NCBI RefSeq assembly: GCF_021028975.2
Contig: NC_059428.1
Location: 149,482,001-149,546,000 of the forward strand
Direction of reading: 5' to 3'
DNA from: Sphaerodactylus townsendi
Taxonomy: Eukaryota
Length of the DNA stretch: 64,000 bases
Below the pieces are notes generated by a model that ran no database searches, was not told the DNA's origin, and worked only from the letters and a program-made list of their open reading frames with translations. Position numbers and translations under genes: made by a program. Positions 39,029-52,000 of the stretch are shown in pieces (position 1 is the first letter of the stretch; the number at the start of each line of letters is the position of its first letter).

Positions 39029-39034
39029 TTTATT
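39029..39034 (-). terminator. Polyadenylation signal (EARS2)
   Basis: AATAAA on - about 200 nt past the stop. Confidence 0.55.
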
Positions 39035-39233
39035 ATTGCCACAGGCTATATTTGGATCAACAACCTATGAGATTGTATTCGGAAATTTGTTAGGATTTTT
39101 TTTCAGCATCGAGTCCTCCTACCACAGCAGCTCACAGGTCTTCTGGAAGTCTGGATGGTTCGGACAATCTGGCAGCCAATCACAACACTCCCCCGGCCAG
39201 CGGGGTCATCACATCTTTCCCCCAGAGGATGGG

Positions 39234-42200
39234 TCAGCCACACAAGGCCCTTCGTATCCGCGTCCGAACTTCTCCACGGCCCAAGGAGACCATCATTTCG
39301 GCAACGGCTGGCCCTTGCTAAAACACAGAAGAGAGTCACCACACGTGCAGAGACACGGGAACCTTTTCTGGTTCTCAAGATCCAAGTGGGTGAACTTGGG
39401 AGTTTGCTAACTTTCTGGGCAGAAAAGTCAAGGCCAGCAGCAATGAAAAATACCTCCTGGCAGCAGCAGTGGCATTTGCTCCAATGCCATGTGGGGCAGC
39501 TCACGACGTAGTGGTTAAGAGCAGGTGCACTCTAATCTGGAGAAACCAGGTTTGATTCCCCGCTCTGCCGCTTGAGCTGTGGAGGCTTATCTGGTGAACT
39601 AGATTAACTTGTGCACTCCCACACATGCCAGTTGGGTGACCTTGGGCTAGTCGCAGCTCTACAGAGCTCTCCCAGCCCCACCTACCTCACCTACCTTGTT
39701 GTGAGGGGGGAAGGGAAAGGAGTTTGCAAGCCCCTTTGAGTCTCCTACAGGAGAGAAAGGGAGGATATAAATCCAACTCTTCTCCTCCTCCTCCTCCTCG
39801 CTATCATCCTCACAAGACTGAAGTGGAGAGGTAGCTGAAATTTTGGCAGAACCACGACTGGCACGTGCGCCAAGCAGGCTTATCGTTACCCTCTTCCAAA
39901 GATACTGGAAGACTTTTTTTAAAAAAACGGCAATCACACCAAACATAGCTGAGCCAGGACGACTGTGCAGTTCCATAAACCACCTGATAAATCATTTTGG
40001 AAGAGGAAGGTTTGAAGCGGGGACTCACTTGCTGGCCACTGAGGGCCATGCGGAGGAGCTTCATCATGATGCTGAACTGGGTGCCTTTGACCTGCTCTGG
40101 CAGCTGGCGCAAGTCTCTGTTCAGCTCTTCCATAGTCAGGGCAGCTGCCGGGCGATCCAACAACCTAAATCCAAATCCAAATCCAAAACCTAGCTATTGT
40201 GGGCTTAAAACCGAGGTGCAAAAGCAATTTCAAATACAATAAAAAGATCATTATTTAACTCAACTCTGCATAATACACCGAAGCAAAACATACGCCGCCC
40301 AACAGCTTCAGATATTTCCACACTAGAGCTATTTAGAAGCTTAGCCATTTTTGTTTTATCAGAGAGGAGCATAAATCCTGTAAATAACACAGTTCTCAGA
40401 ATTGGTTCCTGATGTTGTTGTACTTTTGAACAATGGAGCAGGAATATGAGAAAGTGTTACAGTTGTATCCAGGACAGAATTGATGGAAGCACGGCGTTTC
40501 ATGCCTTGTGGAATACCAGAGAATAGACCTTGCAGAAGATGCTGCTTTGACGGAAGAGTTTACACCTTACGCTCTTGGTCATGACCCAGTCCTGCTATTG
40601 TGAATTAATAGAAGTTGTTGCAGATATATAGCAGGGCTAGTTTTCTGAGGGATAATCCCAAAGACTATTGGAGAGCAAGAGCTTTGTGCTTTGCTCAGGA
40701 GAAATTGGTACTCTTGATCAAATAATCTAGACTTTAAGCGATGGTAAATCTCCGGAGCGGTGAGCATTTGTAGGGCCTCCCAAGAGAATCCAACAACCTT
40801 TGCAAGGAGGGAGAACCAGACACCACTCACCACAGGGCAGCATCCCGCCCAACACGAAAAGGTATCCTTACACCTCGCAAAGGTGTGCACAGGTGGGATA
40901 AATGCCAGATAAAATTCACTCTGCTCTGGGAGTCATACTAAGCCAAGGAGCACTGAAAGAAAGCCAACCTCTGAGACAGAGGAGGCTGAGCAGTACCCGG
41001 GGATGCACCCGCTTACCCAAGGACCAGCCGGCCTATCTCATCTGCCTCTGGAGAAATGGCTCGCAGCTCTTCGAAAGGCACCGTGGGGCGGATCCATAGG
41101 AAAGCATACTTGGGTGACACCAGATCCTGGAGACGGCTGATGTGACCCTGGCAGAGGAAGGAGAGACAGTAGACCGGGAGTCCCCGGCCTTTTTCAGCCT
41201 GTGGGCAACTTTGGAACCCTGACTATTGTGGTTGTGGACACAACCACAAAATGGCAGCCACAAGAGGTGGAGTCAGCTGCAAAATGGCAGCCACAAGGGG
41301 TAGAGTCAGCTGCAAAATGGCAGCCACAAGAAGTGGAGTCAGCTGCAAAATGTAAAAAAAAATCAGCAATAAAGGTTCTCCATAACTCTAAAAGTATCTC
41401 AGACAAGAGCTCTGCTTAACAGGAATGCCTTTTTAAATTACCAGATTGTTTACTTTTCTTGCTTACACACAGATTATTATCAGTCATGCAGTGAAGATCC
41501 TTGTGCTGTGGCGGCACCCGCTGCCTGAAGCAATTAAAAAAACCCCCGTGCACAGCCAATGAGAAGCCGTGCAGGCCAAAAGCACCCGCCCACTTTCTAA
41601 AAACGCTTGGTGGGCGCCATGAAAGGTGCTGGTCAGTGCCACGGCTCCCCTGGGTGCCACGTTGGGGGCCCCCACAATAGATAGTCAGGAGATAGACTAG
41701 GCAGGGTTGTTTCTGGCCAAGCAGAGGGGACCCTGCGTGGCAACTGCGCCAATGCGCAGGCTGTAGGGGTATCTAAAAGGGAAACCCGGACAGCATTTGG
41801 CAGAGGTCACCCCCTCTCCCCAATCTGACTTACCCTTCTCAGCAAAAGCACCTGTTCCACATAAGAGGGCTCGAGAACCCCTCTGTCCATCAACTGCTCC
41901 CCATAGACCTGCTCCGCAGCTGCCAGCACCTCTGCAATTAGGCTGGGCCGTCGCCTCTCGTCCCCAATCTGCTGGGCCAGGTGGATTCTGGGTAAACACA
42001 GAGCACATTCAAGCAACCTTTAAAAATGCAGCAGCAGCAGCAGCAGCTCACAGAGAGGATGAAGGGACTTTTGGCAGGGCCAGTAGCAGACCTGCACGGA
42101 CCACCCTTCCTTAGCTCCACCGCAGCTGGGGCCTCGGCTGCTCTGGCAGAAGAATTGGGGAGGAAGATGAAGGTGGGGGCTTCCACGAGGAAAGCAGACG

Positions 42201-45200
42201 GCTGCAGAGAAGCCAGGGCAAAAGGGGCAGCAGAGTGGGACCCCAGGTCACGCAAACAGGAAAGCAGCCCCGGAGGTGAGGCGAAGTGAATGCAGGCTGC
42301 TTAGAATCAACGGTGTGCCAGGAGAGGCAGGCAGCCCGACCCCAACCGTCTCTACCTGTTGAACTCGCCCAGTTTCTCTAGATCCAGCAGGGCAGAGTGC
42401 TTCTCAATCCGGCCCACATCAAACTCGGCAACCAGCTCCTCCAGGGTCCTTCCCATCCGGTTCTCTGAGAAAGAGAGAAGCGAGCCCAGCGAGATCCCTC
42501 GGCAGCCCCCCCCCCCTTTCATGGCTGCAGCACCTTCTATTGGAAGCGGAGCCTCCAAGGACCGGTCCCTGGTGCTTGGGAGCCAGAGAGGTTGTCCAGA
42601 GAGAAAAGCCCAGAGCCAGCCAGCTGAGTCAGAAGAGCTCAGCAAGGTGCACGGGCCCTCCCAGCAGCTCCTGGCCGAGGTCTGGTCAGCCTCCCCTACA
42701 GAGTGCTCCCACAAAGCATCCAGGCCTACACCCCCATTCTGAGGGCGGCAGGAGGGTCAGGGTAGCTAACAGTTCCCTGCAGATGCTACATTACCTGCAA
42801 ACCCAGAGCCACAGTTGGTGATGGCGTCCAGCAGAGCCGCTGGCAGGTAGCCGTCCTGAGCAAACTGTTCTAGGAAGACATGGCCCTGCCGCTTGGACAG
42901 TTTGCTGCCGTCTGCGTTCAAGAGCAGGGGGAGGTGGCCGAAGCGAGGAGGGTCCCAGCCCAAGGCCCGGTAGAGGAGGAGGTGCTTGGAGGTGGAGACC
43001 AGCCATTCGGCTCCGCGGAGCACGTGGCTGATGCCCATGAGGTGGTCATCCACCACGTTGGCCAGGTGGTACGTGGGGAAGCCGTCGCTCTTGAGGATCA
43101 CCGGGTCGCCTTCCACACTGGCCACCTCGTGCTTGCTCCAGCCGTAAACCAGGTCGCAGAAAGGCTCCGCCCCCTCCTGCAAGCGAAACCGCACCACATG
43201 GTTGGCCCCTCGAGACACCTTCTCAGCCACCTGCTTGGGACTCAGGTGACGGCACCTGTTGTCGTAACTGTAGGGAGAGAAAGGAAGGGCAGAAGATGCT
43301 TGAGGTCACAGCTAGCCCTGAAGCAGGGTCCCGACGCACACGCCCCCTGCAGCTGGCTCATCTGAGGCCTTTGGCAAGACTCAGGCCCTTTCCGCACAGG
43401 CAGAAGAATGCACTTTCAATCCACTTTCACAATAGTTTGCAAGTGGATTTTGCTATCCCGCACAGTAAAATCCAGCTGCAAAGTGCACTGAAAATGAATT
43501 GACAGTGCATTATTCTGCCTGTGCGAAAGGGTGTTAGGACCATACGAGAGACATGCCAAGCCACAGTAGAGGCCACACCACAAGTCAGCTCGCAGGCCCT
43601 TACCGGGGTGTTTGTTGGCTCTGCAGCGCTGCCTTCTTCAGCAGCTCCAGGCGCTGGGGAGTACAGAAGCAGTGATAAGCGGCCCCCTTGTCGAGAAGCC
43701 GCTTGGTGGCTTCCCTGTACAGATCGAGCCTTTCAGATTGCTGGTAGGGTCCGGCAGGACCGCCCCGGCGAGGGCTCTCGTCAGGAGGGATGCCTGCAAG
43801 AAAGCAGCCGGGGCTAAATACTTTGAGGCTTCCCCCCTCCCCAGCTGCACCATTTCGTCCCTGCTAGTGGCACTTTGTGATATGCTATGGAAGCCTATAG
43901 GGATCACCTGCCCACTCCAGCATGTCCTCGATCCCTGCAGCAGCTCCAGGGACAACCCGGCTCTGGTCAGTGTCCTCCAGTCGCAGGACGAAGCGGCCTC
44001 CGTGCTTTTGGGCAAAAATGTAGTTGTACAAAGCTGTCCGCAGGCCCCCCAAGTGCAGGAAACCTGCCCCAAAGAGACAGAGAGGAAGTGACAAGAGGGT
44101 GCTAGGAATCTGACACTCTCTCTCAGTACAGCCTGCCCCATAAGGCGTTTGGCAGCCTAAAATGGAGGAGAGAACCACATGTACCACTCCTTGGATGAAG
44201 GGCTGGACAAAAACTGGGACAGACAGCCAGATTGTCTGCCAGCTGTGGCATTTGGGAGTGGAACCCCACTCTTTAGGAGCAGTCTGCCTGCATCAGAAAC
44301 TTTTTTAGGAATACATTGGAGGAAGAGCAAGTGGTGGTTTTTATCCACTAGAAATGCAACTAAAACCCAAGAAGGTGTGGCCACAAGGCAACAGGAAGGA
44401 GAGGTTACAGGATGTTACAATAGAGCACAGGTGTCAAACTCACGGCCCTCCAGATGTTATGGACTACAGTTCCCATCATCCCCTGCCAGCATGATGCAAT
44501 AGAGGTAACAACTGCATCAAACTCCCCTTCCATACTGGTTGTTGTGGGCTTTCTGGGCTGTGTGGTAGCTCTTGGTCCTAACGTTTGGCCTGCATCTCTG
44601 GCGGGCATCTCCAGAGGTGCCTCAGAGAGAAATGTGCTAGCTGTGATATACCTCTGAAGATGCCAGCCACAGATGCAGGCAAAGCGTTAGGAACAAGATC
44701 TACCAGACCGCAGCCACACAGCCTGGAAAGCCCACAGCAACCAGTTTAGTCCGGCCGTGAAAGCCTTCGGCAAGACATTCCCCTTCCATAAATCTATTGT
44801 ACAAAAAAATAACCCATGCATTTTCTACCACGCATGTCAAGAAGAAGAAGAAGAAGAGTTTGGATTTATATTTCCCCTTTCTCTCCTGTAGGAGACTCAA
44901 AGGGGCTGACAATCTCCTTGCCCTTCCCCCCTCACAACAAACACCCTGTGAGGTGGCAGGTGGGGCTGAGAGAGCTCCGAGAAGCTGTGACTAGCCCAAG
45001 GTCACCCAGCTGGCGTGTGTGGGAGTGTACAGGCTAATATGAATTCCCCAGATAAGCCTCCACAGCTCAGGTGGCAGAGCTGGGAATCAAACCTGGTTCC
45101 TCCAGATTAGATACACGAGCTCTTAACCTCCTACGCCACTGCTTCAAGCATGAAATCTGGCCTTTCCTCTGAAAGGCAACAATGCACAAGAGGTACAGTA

Positions 45201-45938
45201 AGCAAACTGTTAACGCTATAACACACGGGGGTTGCATGTCAGACCTGCACTGTCTATTGAGGGGAACCTTGTGGGGTGACTGTTCCAGCAGCACAGTCCA
45301 GCCCGCTGCTTGGGAGTCACCTCCACTGCATCCAGTGCGCCTCCTCAGCCAGTCTGGGAGAGCTGCCCACCCCCCTGACCAGCCTACCCCGCAATACACC
45401 CTGACTGATCCCAACAATGGCTTACTGGTCCCAAGCCATAGGCATAGATTTTTGATGGGGTGGGTTCGGTGACTGAGGGCCTTCCGGCTGTTCCCTTCCA
45501 TGCAAAGTTTCAAGCAAGCTGGACATGTCATGGGAGGGGGTCTGAACCCGTGAACCCAGGGCTGACTGCGGCCCCTTCCGCACATGCAGAACAATGCACT
45601 TTCAATCCACTATCAATGCACTTTGCAGCCGGATTTTACTGTGCGGAATAGCAAAATCCACTTGCAACCAATTGTGGAAGTGCATTATTTTGCATGTGTG
45701 GAAGGGGTCCCCCTGGCATCATCCCGGGATGCGACCTGCTGCTGCTTCTCCCTTCTGACAGGTGACCCCCCCCCCCCCGCGACAGAACCACTTTCAGGGC
45801 ACTCGCATGCATTGGCGCGCACACCAACACACCCACCCACGCACAACGGTGGGGATCGGGAGGTGCCGCCGGCTCACCTGTGGGGCTGGGCGCGAACCTC
45901 ACCCGCGGCAGAGAGGCCGAGGCCGCCGCCGGACCCAT
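39234..45938 (-). CDS. EARS2: Mitochondrial glutamyl-tRNA synthetase, ~497 aa, 9 exons
   Basis: Exons 45938-45878, 44063-43908, 43793-43604, 43267-42795, 42464-42356, 41987-41834, 41147-41017, 40164-40029, 39317-39234; 1494 nt. [16 protein letters not shown] (HIGH motif), [23 protein letters not shown] (KMSKS motif). The start codon is the least certain part. Confidence 0.93.
39505..39800 (+). mobile_element. Squam3-like SINE
   Basis: Same consensus; EARS2 last intron. Confidence 0.8.
40167..40787 (-). mobile_element. 5'-truncated non-LTR retrotransposon (RTE-X-like) at the EARS2 exon 8 acceptor, 12-bp TSD
   Basis: TSD ATCCAACAACCT at 40155-40166 and 40788-40799; (GGATTT)3 tail; frameshifted peptide [41 protein letters not shown] homologous to the COG7 insert. 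Confidence 0.85.
41248..41351. repeat. 33-bp tandem repeat, 3 copies
   Basis: AAAATGGCAGCCACAAG.(G/A)GT(G/A)GAGTCAGCTGC units in EARS2 intron 6. Confidence 0.85.
43384..43532. mobile_element. Palindromic MITE (PIF/Harbinger-like), copy 1
   Basis: TIR GGCCCTTTCCGCACAGGCAGAA..TTCTGCCTGTGCGAAAGGG. Confidence 0.65.
44535..44775. mobile_element. Penelope-like pLTR inverted pair, degenerate hammerheads
   Basis: Inverted arms around a ~30-bp spacer; same family as 31205-31365. Confidence 0.7.
44839..45143 (-). mobile_element. Squam3-like SINE, full length
   Basis: Same consensus; flanked by GCATG..AA-like short repeats. Confidence 0.85.
45570..45710. mobile_element. Palindromic MITE (PIF/Harbinger-like), copy 2
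   Basis: TIR GCCCCTTCCGCACATGCA..TGCATGTGTGGAAGGGG; similar to 43384-43532. Confidence 0.65.
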
Positions 45939-46640
45939 TTTGGGCGCTGCTGCCGGATGGAGCTTCCCTGGCCAGGCGCAATCTACCCTCCTCTTCCTCC
46001 TCCTCTCATAAGTCTCCCTCCAGCCGCGTCGCGAGGGGGCCGAGGGGCGGGGCAGGCTCGGACGCCCCGCCCCTCGCTGTTGCGAATCGGACGACGGCGG
46101 CCGGCGAGGGCCAACCGCGGCTCCCGACGCGCTTTTTTTTCCCGGCACCCCCCGCGGGTGGCTTGTACACAATCATCATGGCCGCCGCCGCCGCCGCATC
46201 TCCCGGTGCGCCAGCAGGAAGGCCGGTCGGGGCGGGAAGGGCCGGGGCGGTCTGAGGACAGCGGCCCGGATCCGAGCGCCGGAGGGGGCGGGGTCTGGTT
46301 CTTGACTGACGGCACCTTCTCTCTCTTTCTCTCTCCGCCCCGCAGACTCGGAGGAGGCCGGCATGGACGCCGAGGCCCAGAAGCCGCCGCTGGGCGCCGG
46401 GGAAGATGACGACCCTCCTCAGGAGGACGACCCGCCCCAGGACGACGACCCCCCGCCGGACGCCTCGCGGGCCCCGGTCAGCAACGGCGGAGACCCCGAG
46501 CTGGAGAAGGAGCTGGTGGAGCTCCGGGTCATCTGGAACAAGAACAAGTACGACGTCAAGTTCCCGCTGGACAGCACCGGCGCCGACCTCAAGCAGAAGA
46601 TCCACGCGCTGACCGGTGAGGCCGCCGCTGCCTCATTGCC
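45780..46640. promoter_or_regulatory. CpG island; bidirectional EARS2/UBFD1 promoter
   Basis: Divergent ATGs only ~240 bp apart (45938 on -, 46178 on +), GC boxes, high CpG; head-to-head as in human. Confidence 0.85.
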
Positions 46641-48925
46641 GCTGGGGGTCTGCAACCTGCGGCTCTCCCGGTGCTCATGGACTACAAACCCCATCAGCCC
46701 CTGCCAGCATGGCCAATGGTAGTCCATGAGCATCTGGAGAGCCGCAGGTTGCAGACCCCTGCTTCTAGGAGCAGCAGTGGCGTAGTGGTCAAGAGCAGGT
46801 GCACTCTGATCTGGAGGAACCGGGTTTGATTCCCAGCTCTGCCGCCTGAGCTGTGGAGGCTTATCTGGTGAACTAGATTAGCTTGTGCACTCCCACACAT
46901 GCCAGCTGGGTGACCTTGGGCTAGTCACAGCTTTTCGGAGCTCTCTCAGCCCCACACACCTCACAGGGTGTTTGTTGTGAGGGGGGAAGGGCAAGGAGAT
47001 TGTCAGCCCCTTTGAATCTCCAACAGGAGAGAAAGGGGGGATATGAATCCAAACGCCGCCGCCTCCTCCTCCTCTTCTTCTTCTTTACACAGTATATTGG
47101 GAGGGTGAGGGGGGCCAGCATCTGGACATGGCCCACCCACCCTAGCGGAGGGGAGGGGAGGTGGAGGGGCAGTATGCAAGGGGAGGGAGGGGTGCCATGC
47201 AAGTGATAGGGAGGGAGGGGGACTGATATACTGGGACTATGTGAAGGTTCTGGCAGAACCAGTTTAACTTCAATCTAATTGTGGAAGTGTATTGAAAGTG
47301 CATTATTTTGCACCAGGCTCTGTAACTTGAGGGTTAAGTAGTCTTTATTGGTAGATGCATAGGGAAGAGGGGAAAAGCTGGTTCTGCCAGAACCTTCACA
47401 CAACCCCAGTATATCAATCCCCGTTACTCCTCCCCCCTACAGCCAATAATACCATCCCAAGCAACAGAAGACATGAAGAGCAGGAATATAAGATGAACCC
47501 AAGGTCAGAAGAATGAGACAAGGCATTAGATGTGAAAGTCTCTTCTCAGGGAAAACGAAAGTTACTTAGTTAACTCTGTGGAGCTCCCCCCCGCCCCCCC
47601 CCCGGCTCTTTTGCAGGTTGCGAGACTCCAACCTGACATCCCCCCTCCTCCCCCCCTCGAGAAAGCCTCCCTCTTCCCCTGCTGACCATGTGGCTGTCTC
47701 TGGCGCAGGCCTCCCACCCACCATGCAGAAAGTCATGTTCAAGGGTCTTCTGCCGGAGGAGAAAACCTTGCGGGAAATCAAAGTCATCAACGGGGCAAAG
47801 ATCATGGTGGTGGGCTCCACCATCAACGACGTCTTAGCGGTCAGCATACCGAAGGATGCGGCGCAACAGGAGGTGAAGTTGGAAGAGGCCAAAAAGGAGC
47901 CCCTCTGCAGGCAAAAGGTGAGTTGTCTCTCTTTGTTGATGTTATTGGGATCAAAGAGTGCAGCACTGACAGGTTAGGGAGCTTGAAGTTGCCTACTGGG
48001 TGGATAAGCGATCCTGTAATCTGCCCTGGAGTAGGTCAGCTATGGAACTTCAGCGCCATTGGATTGCTTGTCTTTTAGAACTGCTTTGTGTTGAGCCAGG
48101 CTGTCTGTCTTTCAAGGTCAGTCTCGTTTCCAGGCGTTAGGACAGAGATCTTTCATGTCACTTACTGCCTAATGCTGTTTAACTTGGAGCTAGTGAGACT
48201 TCAGGTGTACAAAACAGGTGTTTCTTAAGTAGGAAGGCATGCAGTGGGGGCAGAAGAATACATAAAGTGAACTGATAATGCATCAATATATTGTTGAAGG
48301 CTTTCACAGCCAGATTCAACTGATTCTGGTGGGTTTTCTGGGCTGTGTGGCTGTGGTCTGGTAGTTTTTGCTCCTAAGGTTTCACCTGCACTTATGATTG
48401 GCATCTTCAGCTGCCACACAGCCCCGAAAACCCACCAGAACCTGATAATGCATCTGTTGCAGTGTGGCTGTAGGCTTTATTATATTATAGGGCGTACATT
48501 AAGTTGTACAAATGCCTTCCTGAACAATATATTGTCCAAGGTTTTCATGGCTGGAATCAACTGACTGTTGTGGGTTTTCTGGGCGGTGTGGCCGTGGTCT
48601 GGTAGTTTTTGTTCCTAAGGCTTCACCTGCACTTATGGTTGGCATCTTCAGCTGTATGTCACAGCCACACAGCCCAGGAAATCCACAGGCTTCCTGAACA
48701 AGTGGTTTTTACAAAGTCTGTGAAAATGTAGGACTGTGGAAACTTTTCTGACCTCCGCAGGCAGGCAGTCCATTCTTGAGGGGAGGGCCACAAGTATACT
48801 GTTGCCCATTTGTCAGGTGGCTGCATTCAGACAAAAACATCTGCTGCAGAACAGCACAGGAGGAGGGGTGGCTTTCAGAAATGAGGATCCAAGGCCATGA
48901 AGTGCTTTGTACGTGGCAGATTACC

Positions 48926-49001
<76 letters not shown>

Positions 49002-52000
49002 TGTATTTATAAACCGCCCTCAACCAGAGGGCTCAGGGCGGTGAACAAACAAATAGATAGAGCACAGTAAAAACAAGTTATAGATAATCATTAAATATGG
49101 CTCTATATATTAAAATCAACCCCCAATTAAAATGCAGCATCTTAATATCAGAATTACCGATGGCGTCCTACTCATGGTCCCCTAAGAGAGGGGGGAGGAA
49201 GAGGGAGGGGGGAACGGCAGGGTCCACAGGTGTTAGAAAAATCCCACCTTGAGTGGGATTTAGTAACTGAGAGGCAGCCAATAGAGTGACTTCAAAATGG
49301 GAGTAGCAGGTAAATTCTCCGTGCCTCCCAGTGGCATACCTGAGCTGCAGCATTCTGTACCAACTGGAGTTTCTGAGTTGACTTCCAGGGCAGGCCTGTG
49401 AAGAGAACTAAATATTTTGACACTTTCTGTCAGATAGCTCTGCTAGTAACTGGCCAAATGTGTAGCTGGATTTCAGTTAAATATTCACGTTTCTGAAACG
49501 TGCACAATTATTAATTAAGCTGCTTTGTCAATTATTGAACTTTCTTCTCTCCTGGGTTCTTTTCTGCTGCTGATTACAAGATTAGATCTTCAGTTACAAT
49601 TCTAAAAACTATGTTGTTAACATATGGGAAAGTTTAGCCAAAACTACCTGAAACATGTGTTAATTCTGCCTGCCAAGACACTAATGGGGGTGTGGGGTGT
49701 GTGTGTGTGATATCAGCTTCTGTCTTTTCTGTTCAGCATCCAAATGGCTTGGATTATTTTACAGACGTGTGACTCATAACAAGCTACTTTTATGTTGTGT
49801 GTGTAAGTGCCGGCAACTGGGCAGAAGCGAATTCCTTCTAGGCTTCTGTCTTGTTGAATCTCCTCTGATTTCTGCTTTGTCACAGCAACACAGGAAAGTG
49901 TTGGATAAAGGCAAACCTGATGACGTGATGCCATCTGTCAAAGGCGTGCAGGTGAGCAAGTAGGCATGGTTGTTCTCAAGGTATTTAAGCACCTGAGGCT
50001 CTCCTTGAAACTTGTTTTCCTTCTGAATACACACAGAGTGCTCTTCTGCCGAAACAAACTTTTGTGCTTTACCTCTTCAGGAACGCCTGCCAACCGTTCC
50101 TTTGTCGGGTATGTACAACAAGTCAGGCGGGAAAGTGCGGCTCACTTTTAAACTTGAACAAGATCAGCTCTGGATTGGCACTAAAGGTAATGGTTTTTAA
50201 GACGTTATTTTATTATGAAGGTTGAGCGCTGTGTGTGGCCTTTGTGAGGGGTAGATAAGTGGTTTGTAGAAAGGTGGTGGATATATTTTGCCACATTAAA
50301 ATTTCGTTCTCCTTTTGTCTTTTTGTATGGAACTGTTGCTTCTTTGGCGGAGTCAGGGCCATTCTTGTCCATAGGCTAATGAGGAGTGGGTGGATCCTTG
50401 CCTCAGGGAGAGTGGTCAGATGCAGCCGCACTGTAGTTTAGCTCTGGAAAGGAACGCGGCAGTCAGGAGAGCTGTGGCAGGTGGCCTTGACCTGTTCGTT
50501 CCCAGTGGCAGGTGCTTTGCTTCCTTGCTGGAGAACCTGGATGGTGCAGGGTGGGCAGAACCAGAGAGTTGAAAGCTCTGGGGGGCTCTGGAGCTTTTCT
50601 TTGTCCACCTCATTCACCACAGAGTTGCAGCTTCTCTTAACCACCCTGGATTTCTGTTTGTGCGTGCATGCCAGAAAACCACCAGGAAGGGATAGAGAGC
50701 AGGCACGTTCCTGGAGGCTCCTCTGGCCCTCGAGGGGGGAGTGGGAAGGCAGGCCTGTCTCCTCAAGAGTATGGCATGCTGTGCTGCTTTTTTGTGCAGA
50801 GGGAGGGGGAGCAATAGGACCCCTACCTTAGAATTCAGAGCTGCTCATAAATCCTCATGCAAAGGCCAGAAGTAACAGACTTGGAGTGTCTAGGCCAGTG
50901 GTTCTCAACCGTCCTAATGCCACGACCCTTTAATACAGTTCCTCGTGTTGTGGTGACCCCCAACCCTAACATTTATCCATTTTACAGATGGAGAACACTG
51001 ATGCAGGGTGTCTTAGGTGACCCCTGTGCAAGGGTCGTTCGACCCCCAAAGGGGTCGCGACCCACAGGTTGAGAACCACTGGTCTAGGCAGAATTCAGCT
51101 GCTTGTAGTACCCCCGATCCCAGTGAGCAAGTGAAACTTTGACTTCCTTTTGTCCTGTAGATCTCGCAGTGCTTGGCCTGCTGCCTCCACAGGCTTTGCA
51201 CAGAGATGTGCTTCGATTGGTCAGGTTGCATTCACCCAGACAGGCAGCTGATTTGACTGCTCTGAGCCATCTTCGCCCTCAGCAGATGTGTCATCTTTTT
51301 TTGTCATCTTTTAGGGCAGTGAGTCACAACTAGCCGGAAAGAAGCAAGCATAATATATACATATTTCAATGATGCTAAAGCTTCGTTGTTTTTATACCTC
51401 TGCATCTCTTTCATTTTGTATGTTTGATTCTTTCTTGCAAAAAGCAAAATCCCAACCTAATGCTGTCTGGCCTGTTAGGCCACGCTCTGAGTTCACACAG
51501 CCCAAAGTGAGAGGGAAAGGCCTTCTAAGAAACCGGAAAAGCAAAGAAGTGTTGCACATTTAGCTGCATGCCCAGTTTACTGTTTGTTCGGTGTCTCAGT
51601 GGTGAAAGCATGCAGTCTTCTGTAGGTGCTGGAAATGAGTTGGAGCTGGGGGTGTTTATAGTGCACCTTTTCCCTGGTCCTGGAAGGGGAAAAGTGGAGG
51701 CAGAGGCCCTTGGGGTGGCAAGCAGTATAAATGACGGGCCTTCTTGTTCCCATCTAGAGAGAACTGAAAAATTGCCCATGGGGTCCATCAAGAATGTGGT
51801 GAGTGAACCTATTGAAGGGCACGAAGATTATCACATGATGGTAAGACTATCACATGATCGCTCTGCTCTGGTGGGGGGTACGTGCAAGGGGTGTGGAAAT
51901 CTTGTGGTGCCGGCAACTTGTTGTGTCTCACTAGCAAGCCTGTGTTCGTTGAAGTCCACTTCTTTCTGGTCCTGCTTCCGAGAGAAGAGCAGCCCAACCT

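Noticed and set aside
41248-41351. 33-bp repeats resembling a CRISPR array or repeat protein
   Set aside because: Contiguous tandem units with no spacers, in a vertebrate intron, no cas genes.
48776-49000. Poly-tyrosine ORF
   Set aside because: Translation of a (TAT)n microsatellite.
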